From: an uncultured delta proteobacterium | GTDB taxonomy: Bacteria > Myxococcota_A > Polyangia > Polyangiales > Polyangiaceae | Reading direction: 5' to 3' | DNA: 64,000 nt | Assembly: GCA_963806225.1 (NCBI GenBank) | Contig: CAWDXG010000004.1 | Location: 4,768,001 to 4,832,000, forward strand | In this document: piece by piece, positions 41,162 through 50,921 of the stretch | How the letters are laid out: each line of letters opens with the position of its first letter | How positions within the stretch are numbered: position 1 is the first letter of the stretch | Translations under genes and position numbers: made by a program | The notes under the pieces: generated by a model | Database searches by the model: none | What the model saw: the letters and a program-made list of their open reading frames with translations, nothing else | Told to the model about the DNA's origin: nothing

Positions 41162-42106
41162 ATGAAAGCTCCGCAGAAGAAGTTTGTGAGCACCTCGTTC
41201 GGCGACATCGCCTACCTCGAGACGGGTTCGGCGGATCGCCCGCCGGTGCTGTTCGTCCACGGGATCCCAACGTCGGGCTACCTGTGGCGGCACGTGCTGC
41301 GCTTTCTGCAGAACGACTTCCACTGCTACGCGCCGGACCTGATGGGCCTCGGCGACACGCGCGTCGACGTGGAGAAGACGGAGTTCCACATGGACGCGCA
41401 GGCCGACATGCTCGTCGACTTCATGCACGAGCAGGGGCACGACGAGTTCGCCATCGTGTGCCACGACCAGGGCGGAGCCGCCGCGCAGATCATCGCCGCG
41501 CGTCTGCCCGGGAAGGTCACGTGCTTCGTGCTGACCGATTGCGTCTGCTACGACAACTGGCCGGTGCCCGCGATAAGAAGGCTGCAGCGCATGGCGCAGC
41601 TGCCCGTGGTGCCGGAGGTTCTGGGGCGCCTGGGCTTCACCGAGTGGCTGGAGACGAAGACGCGGCTTTCAAGCTTCAGGAAGGGCGTGTTCGAGTCACG
41701 CAAGCTGACGGACGAGACCATCCACGAGTACCTCAGGCCGATGTCCGAAGGGCCCGAAGAGCGAAAGCGCTTCCGCAAGTTCGTGCTCGCCGGCGATGCC
41801 CGCTACACCCAGCTCGCCGTCGAGGATCTGAAGCGCTTCGACAAGCCGACGCTGGTGGTCTGGGCCGCCGACGACTTCTACCTGTCGCCTTCCTGGGGGA
41901 AGAAGCTGTTCGAGGACATTCCCGGTGCCGAGCGCTTCGAGCTGGTGCCGTTCTGCGGACACTTCTGGCAGGAAGAGCGCCCCTCGGAGTTCTCCGCCAT
42001 CATCGGCTCGTTCCTGTCGCTGCATCTGTCCGGGCGCGTCCAGCCGGTCGAGCACCAGGAACCCAAGCGGCTGCCCGTCGCCGGCGACGCGCCGAGCGCG
42101 GAGTGA
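41162..42106 (+). CDS. Alpha/beta hydrolase (haloalkane dehalogenase/epoxide hydrolase type)
   Basis: HGIPTSGYLWR, APDLMGLG, CHDQGG (Asp nucleophile), GHFWQE. Confidence 0.9.
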   Translation: MKAPQKKFVSTSFGDIAYLETGSADRPPVLFVHGIPTSGYLWRHVLRFLQNDFHCYAPDLMGLGDTRVDVEKTEFHMDAQADMLVDFMHEQGHDEFAIVCHDQGGAAAQIIAARLPGKVTCFVLTDCVCYDNWPVPAIRRLQRMAQLPVVPEVLGRLGFTEWLETKTRLSSFRKGVFESRKLTDETIHEYLRPMSEGPEERKRFRKFVLAGDARYTQLAVEDLKRFDKPTLVVWAADDFYLSPSWGKKLFEDIPGAERFELVPFCGHFWQEERPSEFSAIIGSFLSLHLSGRVQPVEHQEPKRLPVAGDAPSAE

Positions 42107-42118
42107 TGGGAGGCGGCC

Positions 42119-43963
42119 ATGCTTGAAAACCGCATTCTGCTCACGACGCCCTCGTATCCGTACCCGACCCTGCCGGCGAATGACTCGCTGACCGACGCGA
42201 CCGGGCAGCGCTTCACCAAGGGCGACAACGTCTTCACCATCATCAGCCACACGCACTGCTACGCGAACCACATCCTGGCGCAGAACATCGACGTGCCCTC
42301 GACGGTGCTCGAGTACCCGCGTTGGGACGACTTCACCGACGAGGTCGACAAGGGCTACCCGATCATCGGCATCAGCGCGTATCCGCCGCACCTCGACGGC
42401 GTGATGAAGATGTGCCGCTACATCCGCCAGCGCTCGCCGGCCACGAAGATCCTGCTCGGCTCCTACGGCGGCCAGGCGTTCCAGGCGGCGTACGACGAGG
42501 AGACGCAGAAGCAGTACGTCGATCACATCGTCGCCGGCGAGGGCGTGCGCTGGCTCAGGCGCTATCTGGGCGAGGACACCCGGCGCCCGGTGAAGCAGGC
42601 GTTGATGCCCAAGGCCGGAGGCGCGCCGCCCTACGTCAGCCGCTTCCCGCGCGGCAACATCGGATTCCTCGTTTCGGGCCTGGGCTGCGTGGGCGGTTGC
42701 GACTTCTGCTCGACCACGGCGCTGTTCAACCGCAAGCGCCTCGAGTTGCTCTCCCCCTCCGAGCTCGTCGAGCACATCGAGCTCTACCACCAGAACTTCC
42801 CCTCGGTGAGCCAGGTGTTCGTGATCGAGGAGGACCACTTCCGGCAGCCGAAGTACCTCGATGCCGTGCGCACGTACTGGCGCGACCACCCCGATGTGAT
42901 CGAGTCGCTCGACTGGTTCGGCTTCGGCTCGGTGGACTACATCGGCCGTTTCGCCAAGCACTACGGCTGGGACGCCATCGGCGAGCTGGGCCTGGGCTGT
43001 GTGTTCATCGGCGTCGAGTCCAAGTTCGCCGGCGACCACGGCTACGACAAGCGCGACGAGATCGACGCGCGTGTCGTGTTCGACAAGCTGCACAGCATGG
43101 GGATCCGCACGGTGGGCGCCTGGATGTGCGGCTGGGACTTCCAGAACCACACCAACATGTACGAGGACCTGAACTACTTCGTCTCGTTGAAGCCGACCTA
43201 CCAGCAGCTCACGCGCGTCTCGCCGTTCCCCGGCACGCCACTGTGGGAGAAGCTGCGCGAGGACGGACGCGTGCGCGACGTGCCGTGGGAAGATGTGCAC
43301 TTCTGGAGCGGAGCGCAGAAGAACGTCGCGCTCGAGGCGCACGAGACGCTGAACCTGACCGAGTACGGCTACGACCTCCTGTACAAGACCTGGGGGCCGT
43401 CCATCCTGCGCCGCCTCGAGGTGCAGATGGCGGGCTACGACTACTGTCGCCGCTCGGAAAACCCCCTCCTGCGCCGGCACAAGGCGCTGTTCTTCAAGCG
43501 GCAGTGCGGCATCCTGTGGACGAACCTGCCGGCGCTCGACCGCTTCGCGCCGAACGGCGTTGTCCGTCGCCGCGTGCGCAAGGCGGACGAGCAGTACCGC
43601 GCCCTGTTCGGCGAGCCCACGCCCATCATGCGCACGCTGGGGGGGAACATGGAGCGGCTGGTGGCGGCGTTCAAGGTCAGGGCGTTCTTCGACCCGCTCA
43701 ACCGCCATCCCAAGGAAGAGCCCTGCAAGAAGTACCACTACGACAAGAACGGGCGCAGCGGCAGCGCCATCCCCTACACCACGGAAATGTCCGAGCCGTC
43801 CAAAGCCATGCGCACGAAGATGCGTCGGGCCGAGGTCACCGGAGCCGTGCTCTCGGCGTCGCTCAAGGCCGTGCGCTTCACCCGCCGCTCGCAGAGCGAC
43901 CCGGTCATCGACGACTACCTCATGGAGCGCATCCAGCAGGGCTGGCTCGGCTTCGGGTTCTAG
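42119..43963 (+). CDS. B12-binding-type radical SAM protein
   Basis: GCVGGCDFC (CxxxCxxC), IGVES, PFPGTPLW; N-terminal Rossmann-like IIGIS...KILLGSYG; GGAGG RBS. Confidence 0.85.
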   Translation: MLENRILLTTPSYPYPTLPANDSLTDATGQRFTKGDNVFTIISHTHCYANHILAQNIDVPSTVLEYPRWDDFTDEVDKGYPIIGISAYPPHLDGVMKMCRYIRQRSPATKILLGSYGGQAFQAAYDEETQKQYVDHIVAGEGVRWLRRYLGEDTRRPVKQALMPKAGGAPPYVSRFPRGNIGFLVSGLGCVGGCDFCSTTALFNRKRLELLSPSELVEHIELYHQNFPSVSQVFVIEEDHFRQPKYLDAVRTYWRDHPDVIESLDWFGFGSVDYIGRFAKHYGWDAIGELGLGCVFIGVESKFAGDHGYDKRDEIDARVVFDKLHSMGIRTVGAWMCGWDFQNHTNMYEDLNYFVSLKPTYQQLTRVSPFPGTPLWEKLREDGRVRDVPWEDVHFWSGAQKNVALEAHETLNLTEYGYDLLYKTWGPSILRRLEVQMAGYDYCRRSENPLLRRHKALFFKRQCGILWTNLPALDRFAPNGVVRRRVRKADEQYRALFGEPTPIMRTLGGNMERLVAAFKVRAFFDPLNRHPKEEPCKKYHYDKNGRSGSAIPYTTEMSEPSKAMRTKMRRAEVTGAVLSASLKAVRFTRRSQSDPVIDDYLMERIQQGWLGFGF

Positions 43964-44018
43964 AATGCCCGTCTCCACCGATGCTGGGGCCGCACGCTGG
44001 CCAAGAGCGCGTGGTTTT

Positions 44019-44465
44019 CTACAGGAAGGCGGGAAGGCGGGAAGGGAGGAGGCATCGCTTGCGGGCGTTCTTGTTGATCAAGCGTCGGATACCCTGCCGG
44101 ACTGCGGCAACATTGAAGTTGACGAGGAACGCCGTGTTGAAGCCCGTCAATTTCAGATAGGTGACGACCTGGGCCTCATGAACCGGCAGCAGGTGTTCGA
44201 CCGCCTTCATCTCGATGATGAAACGGTCGTCGACCACGAGGTCGAGACGGTGTCCGTGCTTCAGCACGGTGCCCTTGTAGATCACCGGCAAGATGCGCTG
44301 CCGCTCCACGCGCAGCCCCCGAAGAGCAAGCTCGTGAGCCAGGCAGTGCTCGTAGACGGATTCGAGCAGCCCCGGTCCGACATGGCGGTGCACCTCGATG
44401 CACGCTGCGATGACCTCATCGGACCCATCCCTGAAGCTTCCCGCCTTCCCGCCTTCCTGGTGCAT
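44019..44465 (-). CDS. GxxExxY protein (PD-(D/E)XK-like)
   Basis: EVHRHVGPGLLESVYE.CL..EL, RLDLVV, IEMKAV, AQVVTYLK, LVNFN; AGAGGAG RBS. Confidence 0.92.
   Translation of the reverse strand: MHQEGGKAGSFRDGSDEVIAACIEVHRHVGPGLLESVYEHCLAHELALRGLRVERQRILPVIYKGTVLKHGHRLDLVVDDRFIIEMKAVEHLLPVHEAQVVTYLKLTGFNTAFLVNFNVAAVRQGIRRLINKNARKRCLLPSRLPAFL
44022..44459. repeat. Perfect 23-bp inverted repeats at both ends of the GxxExxY gene
   Basis: CAGGAAGGCGGGAAGGCGGGAAG at 44022-44044, with its reverse complement at 44437-44459. Confidence 0.9.
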
Positions 44466-44542
44466 CTCCTCTCTTCGACACGAAGCGGGCAAGTGTTGCG
44501 GCAAATCGACGCCGAGCGACGCCGCACTGCCCGAGGGGATCG

Positions 44543-45613
44543 GTGAGCTTGATGTCCGGCGTGCTTCCGTTCTCGGCGCTGGTCGGGCAGGAGCGGCTGA
44601 AGCTGGCGCTGCAGATGCTGGCCGTCGATCCCGGGCTCGGGGGCGTGCTCATCCGCGGAGAGAAGGGCACCGCGAAGAGCACGGCGGCGCGCGCGTTGGC
44701 CGACCTGCTGCCGCCGGTGCGCGTGAACGCCGGCTGTCGCTACGGCTGCCCGGCGGATCGCCCGTCGGTCTGGTGCGATGAATGCCTCGAGCGCGACCAG
44801 CACGAGACGACTCCGCGACAGGCCGGCTTCGAAACGCTGCCGCTCGGGGTCACGGAGGACCAGCTGCTCGGCACGCTGGATCTCGAGCACGCGCTCAGCC
44901 GCGGCGAGCAGCGCTTCCGCCCCGGCATCCTGGCGCGGGTGAACCAGGGCGTCTTGTACGTGGACGAGGTGAACCTGCTCGACGATCACATCGTGGATCT
45001 GCTGCTGGACGTCGCCGCCATGGGCGTCAACCGCGTGGCGCGCGAGGGGATCCGGGTGAGCCATCCCGCCGAGCTGATGCTGGTGGGCACGATGAACCCC
45101 GAGGAGGGCGAGCTGAGACCGCAGCTGCTCGACCGCTTCGGTCTGTGCGTGGAAGTGACGGCGCTCGACGATCCCGAACAGCGCGCCGAAGTCGTGATGC
45201 GCCGTCTCGCGTTCGACGCTGACCCCGATGCGTTCCGCGCACAGTGGCAGGACGAGCAGGCCGCCATCACAGGGCGCATCGCCGCAGCGCGCGCCCTGCT
45301 CCGCCAGGTGGCGGTGGAGCGCGCCTTCTGCCTCGCCGCGGCGGAGCTTTCGCTGGAGCTCGGCGTGGACGGGCAGCGCGCGGACGTGCTGCTCGTGAAG
45401 GGCGCGGTCACGCTGGCGGCGCTCGACGGGCGCGCCGCGCTCCGCCTCGACAATCTGGAACGCGCCGCGGCCGTGGTGCTGCCGCATCGGCTGGTGGAGC
45501 GCGCGGCGCCCGTCGGCGAGGAGCAGGAAGCGCGCGCGCGTTCCGCGGCTGCCCTGCAGGGTCGCGTCAAGCGGGCGCTCCAGCTCCGCTCCGGCGAAAA
45601 AAAAAAGCCATGA
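44543..45613 (+). CDS. Mg/Co-chelatase subunit I-like AAA+ ATPase
   Basis: PFSALVGQ, GEKGTAKST, LYVDEVNLL, GTMNPEEGELRPQLLDRF, PHR. Confidence 0.92.
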   Translation: MSLMSGVLPFSALVGQERLKLALQMLAVDPGLGGVLIRGEKGTAKSTAARALADLLPPVRVNAGCRYGCPADRPSVWCDECLERDQHETTPRQAGFETLPLGVTEDQLLGTLDLEHALSRGEQRFRPGILARVNQGVLYVDEVNLLDDHIVDLLLDVAAMGVNRVAREGIRVSHPAELMLVGTMNPEEGELRPQLLDRFGLCVEVTALDDPEQRAEVVMRRLAFDADPDAFRAQWQDEQAAITGRIAAARALLRQVAVERAFCLAAAELSLELGVDGQRADVLLVKGAVTLAALDGRAALRLDNLERAAAVVLPHRLVERAAPVGEEQEARARSAAALQGRVKRALQLRSGEKKKP

Positions 45614-45631
45614 CGCCGGGTCAGAGCCGGC
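45597..45631 (+). promoter_or_regulatory. Putative -1 programmed frameshift signal
   Basis: A10 run (45597-45606) just before TGA, then a gccgg-N7-ccggc hairpin; the downstream VWA ORF is open in the -1 frame. Confidence 0.6.
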
Positions 45632-46602
45632 AGCCGCGAGGCATCGCTCCCGCCATGGGCCACGCGCACCCGCCGAGCCCGGAGATCTCGATAGAGCACG
45701 AACCGGGTCGCAAGGGGCTGCTCCGGATCGGGCTGTGGTCGGGCGCCGATGACGAGATCGACGAGGACGCGGACGACGCGGAAGCCCGCCCGCCCGGGCA
45801 GCGCCCGCGCGACGCTGCCGCGCGGACAGGCCAATCGCGGCTCCGGGCTGTCGAGAGCCCCGCGCCCTATCGCGGCCGCTACGCCCGCGCGCGCCCTGCC
45901 CGCGATCCGGTGCGGGACGTGGCCTGGGACGCGACACTGCGCCGAGCCGCAGAAGGGGGCCGGCAGCTGCCGCTCGCGATCCGCGCGGACGAGCTGTTCG
46001 AGAAAGTGCGCGTCCGCCGCCCCCTGCAGCTCTTGCTGTTCGTCGTGGACGGCTCCGGCTCGATGGGCGGAAAGCTCACGGACTACGCGCGGCGCATGGC
46101 CGCGGGCGCGCTGTCCGACGCCTACATGAAGCGGGCCTCGGTCGCGATGATCGTGTTCCGCGAGCAGTCCGCGGAGCTCATCGTGGGAGCGACGCGGAAG
46201 ATCGATCGCGTGCACCGCGCCTTCGACGATCTGCCGCTCGGCGGCACGACGCCGCTGGCGTCTGCGCTCCACCTGGCCCGCCGCACGCTCGAGCGCGAGA
46301 TCTCGCGCGATCGCGGCGCGCGCCCGACCTTGATCCTGATCTCCGACGGGCGCGCCAACGTCGGAGCCGCGCCGGGCCACGCGGGCATGCTCGCCGAGGT
46401 CAGGGCCGCGGCGTCGGCCATCGGCGGGATGCGCGCGGTGCGGGTGCTGTTCCTCGACACGACCGAGGCGGGCAAGGACGCGCGGCGTGCCGCGGCGATC
46501 TCCGGCTGGCTCGGCGCCGAGCGCGTCCAGCTTTCCCGGCAGACCGGGCGCGACCCTTCGGCGCTGGCGAAGCTGGCATTGAGAGGCTGGAGCACGACAT
46601 GA
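45610..46602 (+). CDS. ChlD-like linker plus VWA domain (3' part of a frameshifted chlD-like gene)
   Basis: DVAWDATLRRAA, FVVDGSGSM (MIDAS), GGTTPLA, LISDGRANV. Confidence 0.85.
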   Translation: MTPGQSRQPRGIAPAMGHAHPPSPEISIEHEPGRKGLLRIGLWSGADDEIDEDADDAEARPPGQRPRDAAARTGQSRLRAVESPAPYRGRYARARPARDPVRDVAWDATLRRAAEGGRQLPLAIRADELFEKVRVRRPLQLLLFVVDGSGSMGGKLTDYARRMAAGALSDAYMKRASVAMIVFREQSAELIVGATRKIDRVHRAFDDLPLGGTTPLASALHLARRTLEREISRDRGARPTLILISDGRANVGAAPGHAGMLAEVRAAASAIGGMRAVRVLFLDTTEAGKDARRAAAISGWLGAERVQLSRQTGRDPSALAKLALRGWSTT

Positions 46603-49600
46603 GCGAGCAACGTCGCGTAGCAGGCTGTGACATCGGCAAGGCTTCTGCCAGGTTCGCGCTGGGGAGCCTGGACGCGGACGGGCGCCTGCGGCTGGACGCC
46701 ACGGAAGCTGTCACGCACGAGGGCAAGCCGCTCGAAGTCTTCGCGTCGTGGTACGAGCGCTCGGGCATCGCGTCCTTCGACGCTCTCGGTGCGACGGGCA
46801 TCGGCGCCGAGATGCTGACGGCGCCGGCGATCGCCGGCCTGCCGGAGGATGCGTGTCTCGAGGCGGCGCTGGCCCTGCTCGAGCTCGGCGACGGACCGCT
46901 GAACCTGGTTCGCGTCGGCGCTCGCGGCTACTCGGTGATGAGCCGGAGCGACGACGGCCGCTACCACTTCCTGCAGAACGACAAGTGCTCGTCCGGTACG
47001 GGCGAGACCATGGTCAAGATCGCCGGGCGCTTCGGTCTCGGCATCGAAGAGGCCGACGCGCTCGCACTCTCGGCCGGGGCGGCGATCCCCATCACCGCGC
47101 GCTGCTCGGTCTTCGCCAAGAGCGAGATGACGCACTTCGGCAACCAGGGCAAACCGGCGGCCGAGCTGTTCCGCGGCTACTTCGACGCGATCGCGGGCTT
47201 CGCCGCAGCGCTGCTCGCTCGCACGCGCGTGCCGGGGCCGGTGCTGCTCGTCGGCGGCGGCAGCCGTCTCGGCGCGCTCGGAGCGGGGCTCGAGCGCGCA
47301 CTCGGTCAAGCCGTGATCGTGCCGGAGCACGCGCAGTGTCTGGAGGCGATCGGCGCGCTCGCGCTCGCCGCGGAGCACAGCCCCGCGGCGCTGCCGCCGG
47401 ATCCCGAGCAGCTGGTACGCCGGCGCGAAGCGCGCTTCCGTGTGCTGGAGCCGCCCGCCCGGGCGCGCGCACGGGTGCAGCGCCTCGAAGCCGCCGAGGT
47501 TCCCGAAGCTTTGATGCAGGAGCCCTCGCTGCTCGGGCTCGATCTCGGCTCGACCGGCAGCAAGGCGGTGCTCACCTCGCTGGCGAGCGGCGAGCCGGTG
47601 CTGAGCGTCTACGACCGCACGCGCGGCAACCCGGTGGACGCCGCGCAGCGGTTGGTGCGCGCGGTGCTCGATGCCACGACACCGGATGTGCGCGCCGTCG
47701 GCGTGACCGGCTCCGGGCGCGAAGCGGTCGCCACAGTGCTGCGCGCCGCGTATCCCGAGCTCTCCGACCGCATCGTGGTGGTCAACGAGATCGTGGCCCA
47801 CGCCACCGCGGCCATCCGCTCGGACGAAGCCGGCGGCGAGAGCCTGTCGGTCGTGGAGATTGGCGGCCAGGACGCCAAGTTCATCCAGATCGCCGGCGGC
47901 CAGATCGTCGAGAGCGACATGAACAAGGCCTGCAGCGCGGGCACCGGCTCGTTCCTCGAGGAACAGGCGGCGTTCTACGGCATCGACGCCATCGAGGAGT
48001 TCACGGAGCTGGCCGAACGAGCAGAGCGGCCCCCGGATCTCGGACAGATGTGCACCGTGTTCGTTGCCGACGCCGCGGCCGAAGCGCACGGCGAAGGCTT
48101 CGAGCTGCCCGATTTGTTCGGGGGTTTCCAGTACTCGGTCATCCACAACTACAAGAACCGTGTGATGGGCCAGCGCAGCTTCGGCCGGCGCATCTTCTTC
48201 CAGGGCAAGCCCGCCAGCTCGCCCTCGCTCGCGTGGGCGCTGGCCGAGGTCGCCGATCGCGACGTGATCGTCCCGGCCGATCCCGGCGCGATGGGCGCGT
48301 GGGGCATCGGGCTGGTCGCGCTCGACGAGCTCGACGCGGCACAGCTCCGTGACGCGCCCGCGTTCGATCTCGACGTCGTCTGCCGCGCGTCGGTCGTGGG
48401 CCGGAAGGAGCTCCGCTGCCACGACAATCAGTGCCAGACGCTCTGCACCATCGACAAGACGACAGTCGCCGTGAGCGGCGAGACGCACAGCGTGCTGTCC
48501 GGCGGCGCCTGCCCCAAGTACGAGATCCCGTCGAGGTCCCGCAAGCTGCCGAAGGAAGTGCCGGATGCGTTCGAGGAGCGCGAGCGCGCGCTCGCTCCGT
48601 ATCTGCTCGCGGCGGACGCGGGGGATGCGCCGGTCGTCGGCGTGCCGCTGGTAGGAGCCTGCTTCGGCATGCTGCCGTGGCTTTCGACGCTGCTCCGCGA
48701 GGTCGGCCTTTCCACCCGCGTGCTCCGCTCCGGCCCCGCGTCGCTCGCGCGCGGCGAGGAGCGCTGCTCGTCGTTCGACGCCTGCGCACCCGCCAAGATC
48801 GTCCACGGCGTGCTCGACACCGACGTTGACGCCGTCTTCTTCCCGAAGCTCCTGACGCTTCCCCATCGCGACGGTCCCGGCGGAGCTTCCTGCCCCATGG
48901 AACAGGCCCTGCCCGAGATGGTGCGCGAGTCGCTGGGCGCCCGCGGCCGCTCTGTGCGGATCGTGCATCCGGAGCTCTCGCTGGGCAGCGGGCTGTCGAG
49001 TCCCGCCCTGGTGCTCCAGCTCTTCGCGGCGATCCGCGAGCTGGGCGGCGACCCGGCCCGGCTGCCTGCTGCCCTCGAAGCCGCGCGCCGTGCGCAGCAG
49101 GCGTACGAGGACGAGCTCGAACGCATCGGCCGGCGCTGTCTCGCGTACGCGGCGCTGAACGAGATCCCGGTCGTGGCGCTGTGCGGAGCGCTGCACGTGA
49201 TCCACGACCCGGCCGTGAACGCCGGCGTGCCGCGGCTGCTCCGGGAAGGCGGCGCGCTGCCGCTGCCGATGGATTGCTATCCGATCCCCGACGGCGTGCA
49301 CCCGCTGCCGCGCGTCGGCTGGGCCGACGCCAACCGCGCCCTGCGCACGGCGATCGCCGCGCGCGCCCGCGGCGGCGTCTACCCGCTGATGCTGACGGCG
49401 TTCGGCTGCGGGCCGGCGTCCTTCGGCGAGCAGATCTTCACGGCGCTGATGGCGGGCTACCCGCACACCGTGCTCGAGAGCGACGGCCACGGCGGAGCCG
49501 CCGGCTACGTGACGCGGGTGCAGGCCTTCCTGCACACGGTGGACCAGCACGACCGGCGGCCGGAGCCGATCGGTCCGGCGCGCCTGCGGCTGCTGGAGCC

Positions 49601-50921
49601 GCTCGAGAAGCCGCCCCTGGAACAGGAGCGGAGCTCGCGATTCGTGATGTTCGCTTTCGCCGACCACATCTCGCCGATCCTGGCGGCGGCGTACCGGTCG
49701 TTCGGCTACGACGCGGTGCCCGCCGACGCGCCGGACGCCGAGTCGCTCACGCTCGGACGGCGCGACTGCTCCGGCAAGGAATGCCTGCCCTACCAGCTGA
49801 TCTGGGGCTCGTTCCGCAAGGACCTGGAGCGCACGCCGCCGGACCGGCGCACCGTGCTCGTCCAGGTGTCCGGCGACGCGAAGTGCCGCAACTGCCTATT
49901 CTCGGTCAAGGACCAGCTGTCGGTGGAGCGCATGGGGCTGTCGCACACGGTGGCCCTGAGGCACTTCGGCACGGACGAACAGCTCGGCCCGGCCGTCACC
50001 TACAAGGTGTGGACCGGCATGACGCTGTGGGATCTCGTGTTCCAGCTGGCGTCGTACTACCGGCCGCTGGAAAAGCATCCCGGCAGCGTGACGCGGCTCT
50101 ACGACGAATTCTGCGCCGAGGTCGAGCGCTGGACCGCGCGGCCGCTCGGCAGCGGACTGCGCGCGCCGTTCGCGATGAAACGCGCCGCCGACGACGCTCT
50201 CGATTTCGTGGACCGCGCCTCGAGCGCGTTCCGCGCCGCGGTGAGGGACGAGCACGATGCCGCGCGCCTTGGCACCGTGCTCCTGAGCGGCGACATCTAT
50301 GTGCGCATCGACGGCTTCTCGAACGGCGGTCTGGTGGAGCGTCTGAACGAGCGCGGCCTCAAGGTGCTGGCCGAGCCGAGCTGGACCCTGTCCGAGTACA
50401 TGGCCGAGGAACGCCTGCCGGAGCTGCTCGGGCTGCCGACCGGGTTCTTCAGGAACGCCGTCACCAAGGCGGCCATGAAGACCATCCGCCAGAAGCTCTA
50501 CGCCCGCGCGCGCAGGCTCCATCCGTGGCTCTCCAACGTGGAGAGCAGCGAGATTCTGGCGGCAGCGGACCCGCTCCTGCACCGCCACCCGCAGGGCGAG
50601 GCGCCGGTCACCCTCGGCAGCGTGCTGCACGCCTGGAAGAACCAGGCCTGCGACGGCGTGGTCGTCGCCAGCCCCTGGGGCTGCGCGCCGGCGCTCGTCA
50701 CCGAGAGCCTGCTCAGAAGCCAGCGCGACATCCCCATGCTCTTCCTGTACGCCGACGGCTCGCCGATGGACACGCGCCGCCTCGATGCTTTCGCCTTCAA
50801 GTTGCATCGCGCCCGCCGGGCCGGGCGGGACAGCTACTCCCTGCGCAGCTCGAGCACAGACTCTTCGAACACGACGCGTTTCGCGCCGGGCTTCCAGCGC
50901 CGCACGGCGCGCAGCGTGTAG
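46599..50921 (+). CDS. Acyl-CoA dehydratase activase fusion (two ASKHA ATPase domains plus dehydratase-like C-terminal region)
   Basis: GCDIG, NDKCSSGTG, ARCSVFAKS; GLDLGSTGSK, TGSGRE, EIGGQDAK, MNKACSAGTGSFLEE, CTVF; FGCGPAS, GKECLP. Confidence 0.9.
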   Translation: MSEQRRVAGCDIGKASARFALGSLDADGRLRLDATEAVTHEGKPLEVFASWYERSGIASFDALGATGIGAEMLTAPAIAGLPEDACLEAALALLELGDGPLNLVRVGARGYSVMSRSDDGRYHFLQNDKCSSGTGETMVKIAGRFGLGIEEADALALSAGAAIPITARCSVFAKSEMTHFGNQGKPAAELFRGYFDAIAGFAAALLARTRVPGPVLLVGGGSRLGALGAGLERALGQAVIVPEHAQCLEAIGALALAAEHSPAALPPDPEQLVRRREARFRVLEPPARARARVQRLEAAEVPEALMQEPSLLGLDLGSTGSKAVLTSLASGEPVLSVYDRTRGNPVDAAQRLVRAVLDATTPDVRAVGVTGSGREAVATVLRAAYPELSDRIVVVNEIVAHATAAIRSDEAGGESLSVVEIGGQDAKFIQIAGGQIVESDMNKACSAGTGSFLEEQAAFYGIDAIEEFTELAERAERPPDLGQMCTVFVADAAAEAHGEGFELPDLFGGFQYSVIHNYKNRVMGQRSFGRRIFFQGKPASSPSLAWALAEVADRDVIVPADPGAMGAWGIGLVALDELDAAQLRDAPAFDLDVVCRASVVGRKELRCHDNQCQTLCTIDKTTVAVSGETHSVLSGGACPKYEIPSRSRKLPKEVPDAFEERERALAPYLLAADAGDAPVVGVPLVGACFGMLPWLSTLLREVGLSTRVLRSGPASLARGEERCSSFDACAPAKIVHGVLDTDVDAVFFPKLLTLPHRDGPGGASCPMEQALPEMVRESLGARGRSVRIVHPELSLGSGLSSPALVLQLFAAIRELGGDPARLPAALEAARRAQQAYEDELERIGRRCLAYAALNEIPVVALCGALHVIHDPAVNAGVPRLLREGGALPLPMDCYPIPDGVHPLPRVGWADANRALRTAIAARARGGVYPLMLTAFGCGPASFGEQIFTALMAGYPHTVLESDGHGGAAGYVTRVQAFLHTVDQHDRRPEPIGPARLRLLEPLEKPPLEQERSSRFVMFAFADHISPILAAAYRSFGYDAVPADAPDAESLTLGRRDCSGKECLPYQLIWGSFRKDLERTPPDRRTVLVQVSGDAKCRNCLFSVKDQLSVERMGLSHTVALRHFGTDEQLGPAVTYKVWTGMTLWDLVFQLASYYRPLEKHPGSVTRLYDEFCAEVERWTARPLGSGLRAPFAMKRAADDALDFVDRASSAFRAAVRDEHDAARLGTVLLSGDIYVRIDGFSNGGLVERLNERGLKVLAEPSWTLSEYMAEERLPELLGLPTGFFRNAVTKAAMKTIRQKLYARARRLHPWLSNVESSEILAAADPLLHRHPQGEAPVTLGSVLHAWKNQACDGVVVASPWGCAPALVTESLLRSQRDIPMLFLYADGSPMDTRRLDAFAFKLHRARRAGRDSYSLRSSSTDSSNTTRFAPGFQRRTARSV

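Noticed and set aside
44105..44150. AAC/GTT-rich stretch considered as a DGR template repeat
   Set aside because: It is the LVNFNV coding segment of the GxxExxY gene and does not align with the VRs.
46122..49667. 1181-aa minus-strand ORF (and similar long antisense ORFs such as 41696-43978, 19057-21132, 38292-40757)
   Set aside because: These are shadow ORFs opposite well-supported genes, expected at high GC, with no recognisable motifs.
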